A DNA stretch of 64,000 nt from assembly GCF_009914755.1 (NCBI RefSeq), contig NC_060942.1, one strand, 5' to 3'. The position numbers were made by a program, and so were the translations under genes. Every line of letters begins with the position of its first letter. Within the stretch, counting starts at the first letter, position 1. Below the pieces are notes generated by a model. The model saw nothing but the letters and a program-made list of their open reading frames with translations. It was not told where the DNA came from and searched no databases. The stretch is from the human T2T-CHM13v2.0 reference genome, Homo sapiens. Positions 13,361 to 26,240 of the stretch are shown here, piece after piece.

Positions 13361-14111
13361 CAGGTTCATTTGACACACAGCCAGCTGCCCATTTGACATA
13401 GTCCTGAACATAGTTTAGAAAGGCCCGCCTACTTAACTCATGTCTGTCCTCCACCCAGAATGCCATAGATTCGCACTCAGGAGAGGCTCTGGGGAAGACC
13501 TTTGGATAAGGAACGTGATGAGGAGAATGGAAATGGAAGGCTACCCTTGTCAAACACCGCTAGCAGTGCTTGCATACGTGTGCATGTCCACGAAGGCGTG
13601 TGCTTGGGTGTGCTTAATTTTATGTATGCATGTGTATGTATATATTTCAAGAAAACATGGAAATGTTACATTTGATTAAGCATATAAAGTGTTTAAATTT
13701 TAGAAAATGGTATTAATAATTAGCCTATTATGCCCCATTGTATAATTACATTACCTCGCTGTTATCTGCCACAGGAGTCGCGCGCTTATGCTAGATTGCC
13801 TTTGCCCCTTCAGAATATTACGATGAGCCATTTTTTGAACCACAGCAAAAAAAACAACAACAAAGAGTGGGACAGAATGCCACTGCTCTCCCTCCATGAA
13901 GGAGCTCAGGGAGCCCGTCTTCCGGTCCTCCCATGTCCCTTGAAGATCCTCCACCAGTGTCAGGCCTGTAGCTTTATTTTTGGGACTGGGAAGTTCCGGC
14001 AGAAGAAGTGGCCCTTAGACATTCCACCCGAAAGCATTCCAAGTCCTGCCTTTCTAACCCCTGTTGAAGATTATGTTAAGTGGGCAACTGGTTGTGTGCC
14101 AAGTGGACTCA
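13361..14111. repeat. Inverted repeat: arms 13361-13424 and 14048-14111, spacer about 620 bp
   Basis: Hand alignment of the reverse complement of arm 1 to arm 2 gives 48/61 identical with no gaps. Confidence 0.9.
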
Positions 14112-17100
14112 GGCGTCAGCCGCCTGATAGAGCTCGTTTCTTAGGTACCTGAGTTTGGATTACACATAATGAATTCAGTTTTCCACTTGTTCACGTCACC
14201 ATTCCCACACAAAGTGCCTTCTGGGGGTGCCTGTGCGGCGCCCGGTACACAGCTTTGCTACTGCTTTCCTGCACGTGCACCCGGGTGGAAGGACACATGT
14301 GCGTGGATGTCACTCCCTGATCAGCGTTCGGACCCATACCGCATGCTTGTTGCTATGTGTGCCTGCCAGCCAGCTCCTTTCAAACAGGCTTTTAGTGAAA
14401 AGGCGAAATAGTGTTGCCTGTTTAACAAAGCCTTTAATTTCCCTGATAAACTGCTAATAATTTTTTTAAAAGATAGTTTTCCTGTTTACGCCCTCTTGGA
14501 ACACAGTGGAATCGTGTGGTCCTGTAATTGGCCCCAGCCCCATGACACATGATTACCTTATTGGACTTACTACCCTATTTTAAAAATCTACTGTGGAAAT
14601 TTTCTGGAGGACTTCAGTGTGCCGTGCATAGCTGCTGAGATAGAATGACGCACTGTTCCCTCTAGACACAGTGAGGCCTTAGTGCCGGCCGCACCCAGGT
14701 CCCGCCTCACCCCGTCCTGTGCATTTCAGATGTGCACAGTGCACCAGGTGGACAGGACCCCGTCAGGTCTGGGCTCAATATTCATTTGGATTGTGCTTTC
14801 TAAAAGGATCTCCCTCTGAACTTCCCTTGCTTCTCAGAAAAGCTAGGTCAGGTGTGTGGAGGGAAACCACGGATACTGCCTCACCAAGCTGCCTGACTGT
14901 GGGTTCCAACAGCTGCCACTTCACTCAGGGTTTCCATTTGAAAGTTAGTTTCTATTCATTCTGCTCATTCCAGAGTCAGGGTTCATGCCTCATAGTTTGT
15001 CTTTTGTTTGATTTTTGTTAAGCTTTATTATCCCAGGGGTATGTTATTCTGTAGAGCCCAAGCCACAGATACTCTGCAACTTTCAAGAGGAATTTAACTT
15101 AGATATTTAGGAAAATGTTGAAAATGAAGATAGTAGTTTCTACTGGTTAGGAAGAAAATGCGTTATCGTTTTCTACCTTGACAATGTCAGCGTCCAGTCC
15201 GCCCACTCGGTCCTGCCGTGTGTAGAAAAGGCTGAGGCTGGGTGTGGCCTGGCACAGAGGCTCTCCCAAGTCCATCCAGGTAGATCCAAGGAAGGACTGA
15301 GGGCCATCGTCCCCTCACCTTCATGGCCCTGTGTCCTCCCCTTGACTTGCTCCGCGGTGACAGCTCCTGAGGCTTTGCTTCCCCCGCACCTGGCAGCCTT
15401 GCCCAGCCAGTGGTGGCCTCCTGCACCCTTTCTCCTGCTTTCATTTCCTGGACTCAGGGATTTCTGCGGGTTTGGATCTCCTGCCTCAAAGAGCCCGGGC
15501 CTTCCCGAGTTGCTATCCACAGGGTGCTGGAGGTCTCCTGGCACACACCAACTCCGTTGGAAAGAGCAGCCATGTGCCCAGCACATATGATTCATTTTAA
15601 GGCATAGAGAAGAAATCCGCATTGTTTCAAGTGTACACAAGCAGCTGCTATCGTTTGGCTATGAGCAGATGTTAGACCTCCGAAAGCTTTGCTGATCATT
15701 AAAATACTAACAGTTAGTGTTTTACCCCAGCCGTCGGTTCTGTTTACTGTAAATTTGATTTTAATGATGCCTCTGTGCGGTTACTGAGAAGCAGTTTGCT
15801 TTCTACCTTCATATGAAAGTGTCTACAATGAAGACAAATGTCTGTTTCCTCTCATTTCCTTGGGAACAATATGAAGATACTATAATATAAAGGAAATATA
15901 AACATGACTACAAAAGTGAATGTGGGTTTTTTTATAGGGTTTTGCCAGAAAAAGAAAAAGGAAAAAGTTGAATCTGTCTTGTTAGCCTTTTAAAGTAGCC
16001 TTGTTAGATGCATGCCCTCCAGGAGGACCGGCTGGGCTTATTTGCATAATTTTACCTTTTAAGGTATGTATAATGTGTACAACTTTTGAAAAATAGGCCT
16101 TGTCTCCTGATACTGTTTATCTGCATTGGGAGTTCATAGACTATCAGAGGACATTTAGGAAAAGGTGGTTGGGATTCCTAATTTCCTGATTCCATAAGAA
16201 TGCCTATTCCAGTTTGTTACGTCTTTAAGTCAAACAGAGGCAGCCTTACAGTAAGCAGGGGGGCGCTATTTGTCTGGTAGAGTTTGAAGGTCTTCTGGAA
16301 GCCTCACTCCTGAGGGACTGACATTCCACAGCTCTTTTCCAAGCATGGGCTCCCCCCCATACAAAGCCTGAAGGGCACTGTTACGTGTTCTCAGCCATTG
16401 TCACTAATGCTCACACACGTGTCGGCACACAGGAGCAGAAGGCTTGCACTGGAAGGAGAGGCCAGGGTGTCTCCAAGAGGGACACCCCCCTTCCCATTGG
16501 CCAGGGCTCTGACCTCAACACCCGGAAATGTGTGCAGAGTGAGAGACGCACCCTATGTTGATACTGCATGGGTTCCCCTCCACCACTCCTCCCCGTGCTT
16601 TATTTCAAATAGGACTGAAGACTTTTGAGCACTTTCTGCTGGCACATCAACTGGCTGTTCTGAAGAAGTACTATTCATGGGTAAATGACTAGATCAGAGC
16701 CCTTCCCAGCCTAATTTTAAAGTGCCATCTCATCGCCCTCCATGAAACTCAATGACACTGTTTCTGTCACCTGAGTTCGATTTCCAAAGGTACATGGTTG
16801 TGCACCACGATCTCTCTGTGTAGCTCACAGGCCTCTGCCCAGCAGAGAAACAGTTAACCGCTGCCCTTCCTCTCCACCCCACAAAGCCCGTCAAGATAAC
16901 CTTAAAGCACGCATTCTCATCTTCCTGAGTGAGATTTGTGTGCATCACCTCTATTACTGTTAGATCTTCATGCATGAAAATGATAATATAGACCTAAGGG
17001 TCTGGTATAATACAACATTTCTTAGGGTTTGTGACTTTAAAGGTAAAATATTGTCTTTTGTTCTTTGTCACTCTTCAGTGGCCATGGAAATATCTAGGCC

Positions 17101-20100
17101 CATGGAGACTATTCTTGGTAAAGTTAGAAACCTGCATGATTATGTATTTCCAACTCGAGATAAAATTTAGTCTTCATTTTTTGTGAATTTCCAGAATTCT
17201 TTTCAGGGGTTTTATATGATCATCTTCAGTTGCTGCCAGTGTTAAATGTCGCACCCATGGCAATTAAGAAAAAGGGACTAAAACTTTTGGTACCTAAATT
17301 TTTGCCCTGGTTTATTGTAAATGTTCCTTCACTAAAAATTGCATGGTATATCCAAAGAAATTGTGTATTTGAATGTATGTGAAAGAATTTTTCGGAAATG
17401 GTGTGAATCTCAGCTAATTTTTACAGAAAAGCAATTTCCCCATCTCTTCTTATAAAACAGCAGCGTCATGAAATGCGGGGCATGGCGAAGACTTTATATA
17501 CTGTCCTCCTTCAACATATTTTTATATGTTTATATGTGGTATACAGCAGATAGTTACCAAAACTCCTTTTAATTATTATGCTATGATATGTCTAACTTGT
17601 CCTTAGGCCAGCTCCTGTCAGCTGACCAAAACTGATCTGTACTCTGAGATAAATCTCACTAGTTTAGCTACCATGTTTAACATGCATGTCAAAGGCTAAA
17701 AATAATTCTTAATCTTGTATTTCAAGTAACCTTTCTGTTTCTGTTTTGTGTGTGAATTTTAGTAACGCTGACCAGAATGTGTTTCTAACCATTGAAAATA
17801 ATGGAGAAACATGAGGTACTGACCAACCAACCTGTGTTCTTAAAAACTTTTTTAAAAAAGGAGAAATTGCCATTTGGTTACTGGAATATAAAACTAAGAG
17901 GTTACTCTGTCCCATGTTATACCAGATTCATACTCTTTCTTTGATCCTAGCGAAGTCCCTAAACCACTTGATTGGAGTTTTCCCTTCAGGAACTTGAGGA
18001 AGTTCACATTGTTTAGTACAAGAAGTAGCTCAAAGGCAGGGAGTCCCCCGTAATATGTACCAGTGTTAACATAGAAAGCATCACTTCTTCAAAACCAGAG
18101 TCCAGTGGGAGCTCTGTAACAGGACATCTTGCATAATGCCAGGGAATTATTATTGTCTATAAGATGAATAAATTCTGGAGCAATTATTGAGATCAGTTTG
18201 ACTGGCCAAACTATCGGTGACTGCTATTGTAAGAATAATGTATTCCCTGCTTTGAAATTTCTAAAAGGTTATATTTCATTGAATTTTAATTTGTCATTTT
18301 TCCTGCTTTCACTTGAGAAACTTATAAGCTTTTGTGACATTAAAATATGGCTCTAATTTATTAGCATAATCTGTTAATATTGTTTCATTTTAATAGACAT
18401 TAAGTATGATTTCTTAACATTCTTGTTAAAATTACATCTTAAAATTGAAGCCAAGAAAAATTATATGTGGCTTAAGAATTGCAATGTCATGTGTGTCCCA
18501 AATTTTTATGTGAAAATTTTTTTAATCGCATCGTATTCAAGGTGCTTTCATTACGACAAGGAACCATCCCAGCATTCTCAAGCTTACTGGGCCTACGAAA
18601 ATATAAAATCTAAAGTACATCCAGTGTCTGAGATGTAACCTAGCAATGTATCAACATTTAGTACCATTTCAGGAGAAGCTTAGAAATTTAAAATAAATGC
18701 CAACTCACAGCAACAGAGTGGTTTACATAGGATATTAGCACAGGCTTTTGTAGGCATTAGGCATCTCACCCCACGACACGTCTTTTTAATGCCATCTTTA
18801 TCTGCTACGTGATGCATGAAATCTACTTTCGGTTTTAGAACTGCTAACAACCTTTGACCCCTTTAGTGGAGACACAATGTGACCTTTCTATTGTCATCAG
18901 CTTTCATTCTCCTGAAAATTCTATGAATTTTTATTACAAGTTTTTTTTTAAACCAAGCTGAGGCTTCCACAAATTACTTGCCACAGATGAGATGAAGTTG
19001 TTGAAGTGGTGTTAGATAAGTTTTACAGCCAGCACGTGTGCGGCCGAGGAGCCCAAGCCTGTGTCCTACAGTGTCATACACCAGTAACTGCTGAGCCTAC
19101 TATTGGATAAATACATCATTTTAGGGAACATTGATTGTTCTATAAACCCAATGGAGTATTATGCTCTATGATCAAACCATTTAGATTGTGTGTAGAGCAC
19201 AGAAAATGCCATATTCAGGATGGTACTAAAAGTGCCATTCGTGTATTTTATGGATGTCATTACAGGGGAAACTTCTCTCTGTAGGCCCTGTTTACTGCAA
19301 AATTTTTTAGTCTGTAATGACATTTTTCATTCACAACGTATGCCTTCAAGAGAGGGGGCCCTTGTTTTATTTTTTTCATTCGGGTTTACTGCACAAATTC
19401 TGTACATTTTAATTAAATGTAAGCTTAACAAAAGCGTAAGGTATTTATTCTGTGGGAACAAATGATGACAGTAAGGAAGGAGCAGCACACACACAGAGGA
19501 AGGAGTCAGGTACGCAGCCCTGTGCTGCTTCCCAGAAGCACACCAGCCAGCAGAACTGAGCCCCTAGCACAGTTTTGGGGAGCAAAGTCTCTGCAGCTTA
19601 ACCCCTCCACCCCCGCATAATGGAGCTTGTGTTTTTCCACGCTGGAGATGTTGGCTTCAAGCACGCAGAAGGAGCTGCAGCATCATAATGGCATCCCAGA
19701 GCAGCGAGCCGAACTCAAAATCCTCTCCCCAAAAGCAAATCCTCAGACACCCCAGTAACTACCTTTTTATTCCATCCAAGCTGTGAACTTTCAATGCATT
19801 CGGCTCTGAGAAGGGAGTAAAATATCTTTGTGCTCACGAACGCAAACGGGCAGAAAGTGAGGACTTTGTAGATGGGCACGAGGCTGCATTTTAATGTCAC
19901 TGTGCCTTCTACGCAAAGCTGCTTATTGCCCTGTTGAAAACAGACCCAAAAAAGAATGATTTTAGGCACACTGTTTGGTTAACTACTGTTACTGTATTGA
20001 AATCTGACACTGTCTTTTTTAAAGGTACCGTAATACAAATACTACATTGAGCATCCATGCCCCATTAAGGCTTTGTGCGATTTTGGACACATAACAGTGA

Positions 20101-21778
20101 CTAAGCAGTGAAGGATGCAACCTGTACCACGTGCCTGTTTCCCAAACGCTGTATCCATTTGGCCATTTGCATTTGGTGAGCTTTACAGTTCATATTTACT
20201 AGAAAGAGCTCAAAACTGGAGGTCGATGTACCCAGTACATTCTTGGTCATAGCCCAGTTAGGGTTTAAAGTTATAGAAGAGATTCACATTCGTTTAAATG
20301 ACACTTGAACTTCTACATAGCTCAACATTAATTCATCATGGTTGAAATGGAAGAATCTTCAGTGGGTGAATCTTTTTCAATCTGATTGAGGCTGTTACAT
20401 TTTATAGGTGCTATTTTTCAAAGCAGTACTGACAGCACTCGAAGTTATTAAATTGCTGAATCAAAAGATGGACCCGCGCTCGCATTTATGAACTGTGATG
20501 GACTCGCTGGGCCTGTGCGTGTGCGGAGGTGAGGACATTGGTGTTGCTAGGCTTCGTCACACCCCACACCGACAGCAGTATTTACCCATTTAGTTTACAT
20601 TAATGGTCTGGAAGTGGCTTAACCCACCTCTGGATTAAAATACATTCAGTAAGTAGTTCAGAATAGCATAATTATCAGTGCTGCAAGGGATCCAAAGGAT
20701 AATTCTATACCCAAGAGATTTCCTGTCCAGTTACAAAGTAAAGAACAATTGCTTGGACTCAAGCATGCACCATTTCTTCCTGAGACTACTGAAGAAGAGG
20801 ATGTTTGTTCTTTCCTTCCCAACTACAGTAGTTTCTCCTCTCTCTTAATGTACTGGCAGTATGTCCTTTTCTGTAATTAAAATTAATGGGGGAGGGGAAT
20901 GACCAGAAGGCTGCCTTCTTTGTTTTTGTGTCCTTATTTCCGTTTTTTTCAAATTCTGAATTAGACTAAAAATGACATTAAAATTAGAGAACGGACAGAA
21001 ACAAATCAAGGTTGACATGTGAAGATGGCGCTGGGTAGAAAAGTAGGGTTGGGGAGAAATTGCAAGCATACCAGAGAAAGAATGTGTCAAATACAGGAGA
21101 CAAAGATCTAGAGGTCCTAGCAGATGGCAAACTGACCGGGGATCAGCCACACGGGCCCGGCTTATGCTCAGGCGGAAAGGAAGCATGAATACAGGAGCTG
21201 TGGGCGCCACCCTCTTGAGGCTTCTGACCTCTCCGAGGAGAGAATATAGGAGGATCAAAGTTTAACAAGACAACCATGAGACAGGCAGCGATTCGGCCCC
21301 TGCCCCTGGGACCTGCACGCCCACCCTCATTTCAGCTCAGCTTTTAAACTCTGATCTTCCCTCGGTCAAGGCACCAGGCGGGGATGGACGCGGGTTGTTT
21401 CTTCTGCAAATTGGGAGGAGGGAGAAAGGCAGGTAGTCAGGAGCTCTGTCCCCAGGCACGTGCCCAGGCAGACCCTTTCCAACCCTCAAAACTCCTTTGG
21501 AAAGTCTCCAGGCATTCACACGGCATGAGTACCACAGCTTGAATACCTGTAACTGCTAGCACCAAACCTCAGGAAGAGGAAGTCGTGTTCCGGAAGTGCC
21601 TGCTACCCGAAGCACACGTTGGGGCCAGCCGGCAGCCCCGTTTAATGCTACCCAGTTGTTCTCTGTCCTTGGTCGGGTGTAACCATGAGAAAACAGGGTG
21701 CGCTATAATTAGGGAATTTGTTAAGCTAGACTTACGAACATTTTGGTCCCTCTTCCGGGAAGGGTGAGTTGCCCTTGA

Positions 21779-22268
<490 letters not shown>

Positions 22269-24587
22269 GCAGCTCTTTTCTTGACAAAATTCCATACCCT
22301 TTCTAAGATTCACACTTTACAGAGTTGCCTGAGAAAGAAGATATATTAATTAGTACTTATCAGTTAATTAATACTTTCAAATCCAGGACCGTGTTCCTCC
22401 AGCCTGAGTAAGAGCTGGGCCATGTCCCCTTGGTAAACGTGATTTAACAATTTCTGCTGATCCTGCCTGAGATGCACCCACTGGAAGACAGGCCCTGTCT
22501 GGGGTCTGTGCTCAGAATTAACTCGGTATTGAAAGAAATGCTTTCTTGCAGAACACCACCAACACGATAAGCAAAATGGTTGACTCTGTTTTTAAGAGAT
22601 CCTAGCAATAAATAATCTTGAACAGTTCTTGATCCTTTTTTCCCTTTTGTTAAGGTTAAAAGACGCTGTTAAGAAACTGACCCCCTCAAGGAGATTAAAG
22701 CAGAATATCTCAAAAATGTGGTTGCTGTTGAACTATGGAAATGTTTGCTGTGGGTCACCTATCGATCATTCTCTTATTTAGGAGGGATGGAGTCGATTAG
22801 AAAACCGATGGAAAATGGGGATTTAAAGAAGAAAACAGGAAGTCTGTTTAAAGAGCCCATTTCTTTTTTATGAAAATAAAGTTTATCATTTCCAGCCCTG
22901 TTTTATCCAGCAAGGCAGGGAGCGGCAGGCGTTGCCCTGAGTCGCCAGTGACATTGAGGAGGGTGTGATGTGCGCCTGGCCGTGTGCCCTCGTGCAGCGC
23001 CTCCCATCCCCGCCGTACTTGTGCCCCGCCAGAGTTTTCTTTGTACAGGATAGATGACAGCCGAAGCCCCTGGCCCGAGAGCTCTGCGATGGGCTCAGCG
23101 CTCCTGCAGCAGCCCAGGCCTTTCAGAATCCCACTGCCCACCCAAGCCCTGTGCTCTGCCTGCCTGTCCTGGGTATCCCGTTGACAAAGGGCAGACAGTG
23201 AAGGGCACAAGATGGCTCCAGACCAGGGGATGCACCCAGCTCCGGCTCTCCCCTCCTCACTCTCGTCCTGCTCACCCCCTCTTTTCTCTCCTGGTCTCCC
23301 CTTATTGCCTCTGCCCGGGCACCACGGGGCTTATGGTATCTTCTACACACGTTGTTTTCACTAAGGCATTTGGGGCTGGCACTTCAGATCGTAAATTTCT
23401 TACCCTCTGTTACAGTCCTGTAGTTTTCCTGCTAAAAACATTCAGCACGCTCCTCCTCTCTGCAGCCCATAGCCCAGGTACCTTAGTGCAGGGTGGAGGA
23501 AGCCTTGGGCAACCTGCTCTGTGATGAGCAACCTATTCTCCTAACAGCCCGAGCCTTCCACCGCCCTGAGGCCTTGAAGCACCTTGGGGATGGCCTTCCT
23601 GCCTCTGCCTGGGCCCTCGCTGCTTCTGTCTGGAACTTCTCCTCCCAGTCCACGAGAGATGGCTTGAATCTTGTCCTGAAGACAGGGCTACAATGTTGTT
23701 TCGTTTTTACATCTTTCCCTGAATATTCTTTCCTGAATGTATGGCTTCTTTGTCTCTGTGTCTTGTCACCTTATGTTGTATCCAAGACGTTCGGCAAACA
23801 CATCTTTGTTGATTACTTATTCAATCCAAGGCACTGTCCGGAAGATGGGACAGAGAAGAGGAAGGCTGAGTCTGTCCCCTCGAAGCCCGCTGCCCAGTTC
23901 TGCAGTATAGACTCCCCTCTCAGCCCCTGAGTGGCCAGGACCCTGTGTCTGCATGTGCCCAGCACCCTGCAGAGTGCCCTGCATGCTGCCAGGACACGGC
24001 GACTCACATGGCCGCACAGGCTGCCTGCCCAGGTTCAGCACCTGAAACGTCGATGTTCAATAAATATTTGTTGCATTAAACTTTTACAGCGGTGTTTATT
24101 GATGACATTTTTTAAAATTTAATATGCAAGGCTTTCATTCTTTTTGCTGAATAAACAAATATACCATATATAATATTTGGTCATTAAAAAAAGATTTTCC
24201 GTTGGGTTAGGAGATACTACTGCTGGCTGTTTGCTGAACTTTACTTAGCACCCGTGACGGAACGCATTGTTACAAAAGACATGATGGTGGTTGGGGGGAG
24301 GTATCCAGCCTCCTTCCCTGGGCATTGGAGAGGCGCACACCCCTGCAAAGAGTTGTATTGGACAGCTCACAGGGCTGTGGGGAAATGCACACCCAGTATT
24401 AACTGTGTGTGCCCTTGAGCCTAGAGCCTGCCTGCAGATGCCCACGGAGGCCTCTGGCCCTGCTGAAGCTTGCACTGTAGAGAGCTCTTCAGGGTTTGGA
24501 ATAGGGGGTCGTGGTGACTCTGCTGAGGCCTGAGCGCTTCTGCAGAAGAAGTGTCTTACTTGTAAGCCTACGAGTACTTTTTCCAGG

Positions 24588-24613
24588 CTCTAACTGGTCC
24601 CTGTCTCCCTTAG
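24588..24613 (+). promoter_or_regulatory. Branch point, polypyrimidine tract and 3' splice site
   Basis: CTCTAAC (24588-24594) fits the yUnAy branch consensus about 20 nt before TAG (24611-24613), and the frame is compatible with the ORF. Confidence 0.8.
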
Positions 24614-25932
24614 GCATTGTTTCCAAGTCGTACGAGTGCCGTCTAAAGGGACAAGGAGCCACCTTCGTGGAGACAGACAGCCCCTTCACCGCGGCGGCCT
24701 TGGCAGAAGAGCCCCTCGTCAAGGAGAAGCCCCTCAGAAGCAGCAGGAGGCCAGCGCCGCCCCCTGAGCAGGTGCAGCAGGTCATCATCTTCCAGGGCTA
24801 CGACGGGGAGTTTGCCCTGGACCCCTCGGTGGAGGAGACGGCCGCCGCCACGCTGCAGACGCTGGCCATGGCCGGCCAGGTGGCCCGGGTGGTGCATATC
24901 ACGGAGGATGGCCAGGTCATCGCCACGAGTCAGAGCGGGGCACATGTAGGCAGCGTGGTGCCCGGACCCATCCTCCCCGAGCAGCTGGCTGATGGAGCCA
25001 CCCAGGTGGTCGTCGTGGGGGGCTCCATGGAAGGCCACGGCATGGATGAGTCCCTCAGTCCAGGTGGCGCTGTGATACAACAGGTGACCAAGCAGGAGAT
25101 TTTAAACCTCTCGGAGGCTGGAGTCGCTCCCCCCGAGGCATCCTCAGCCCTGGATGCATTGCTCTGTGCGGTCACTGAATTAGGGGAGGTGGAGGGCAGG
25201 GCTGGGCTCGAGGAGCAAGGCAGGCCCGGCGCCAAAGACGTGCTGATCCAGCTGCCCGGGCAGGAGGTCTCCCATGTGGCTGCCGACCCCGAGGCCCCCG
25301 AGATCCAGATGTTCCCACAGGCCCAGGAGAGCCCGGCCGCCGTGGAGGTGCTCACCCAGGTGGTCCATCCCTCAGCAGCCATGGCCTCTCAGGAGCGGGC
25401 ACAGGTGGCCTTCAAGAAGATGGTCCAGGGCGTCCTCCAGTTTGCTGTGTGTGACACGGCCGCGGCCGGCCAGTTGGTCAAGGACGGTGTCACCCAGGTG
25501 GTGGTGAGCGAAGAGGGTGCCGTCCACATGGTCGCCGGGGAGGGTGCCCAGATCATCATGCAGGAGGCGCAGGGCGAGCACATGGATCTGGTGGAGTCCG
25601 ACGGGGAGATCTCGCAGATCATCGTGACAGAGGAGCTGGTCCAGGCCATGGTGCAGGAGTCCAGTGGCGGCTTCTCCGAGGGCACCACGCACTACATCCT
25701 GACAGAGCTGCCCCCAGGGGTGCAGGACGAGCCGGGCCTGTACTCCCACACCGTGCTGGAGACTGCGGACTCGCAGGAACTCCTGCAGGCCGGGGCCACG
25801 CTAGGCACAGAGGCCGGGGCCCCAAGCAGGGCAGAGCAGCTGGCCAGCGTGGTCATCTACACCCAGGAGGGCTCCTCGGCCGCGGCGGCAATTCAGAGCC
25901 AAAGAGAAAGCAGCGAACTCCAGGAAGCATGA
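24614..25932 (+). CDS. ZNF407: Coding part of the terminal exon of zinc finger protein 407 (acidic, Gln/Val-rich C-terminal region, about 439 codons, no zinc fingers in this exon)
   Basis: Seen: longest ORF in the window (24511-25932), strongly GC3-biased from about 24614. It is preceded by a pyrimidine tract and TAG acceptor (ccctgtctcccttag|gc, phase 1), reads (G)IVSKSYECRLKGQG...SQRESSELQEA, and stops at TGA 25930-25932. Knowledge: peptide recognised from memory as the ZNF407 C-terminus (no database search run). The GTG start at 24511 is intronic. Confidence 0.9.
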
Positions 25933-26240
25933 GACGCGCGGCACCTTTACTCAGCACAGGGCAGGTGTGGGAAGGTCCAGCTTCGGTGGGGGACCGTGTT
26001 CCCTGAGCTTCATCTGAAACCTTCAAAACCATGAGGACAAGGCTCCCGTGAGCTCTGAGCATGCCCTCCCAGCGAGAGTCACACTGGCCACCAGCCAGGC
26101 GCCCACAGAGGGTACCGTGGGCTGGGCCTCGGGGAGCAGGCTGCCAAGTGCAGGGGAGGGCCGGGCGCAGGCCACACAGGGAGCTCCGGTCCACTGGGGG
26201 CCCTTCGATCAGTGGCCTCCCGCTTCGTCCTGGCCGCTGT
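24620..26240. promoter_or_regulatory. CpG-rich segment over the terminal exon (3' intragenic CpG island-like)
   Basis: High GC and frequent CG dinucleotides compared with the intron; judged by eye, obs/exp not computed. Confidence 0.55.

Noticed and set aside
13347-14152. Similar peptides DYVKWAAGCV / DYVKWATGCV in opposite-strand ORFs as paralogous microproteins
   Set aside because: Explained by the DNA inverted repeat; the ORFs share nothing outside the arms.
24511-24613. N-terminal 34 codons of the 473-aa ORF (GTG start)
   Set aside because: They lie upstream of the splice acceptor and lack the exon's codon bias; this is intronic read-through of the frame.
24489-25825. Several 60-150 aa antisense or alternate-frame ORFs over the exon
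   Set aside because: Expected shadows of a GC3-rich coding exon; no independent signals.
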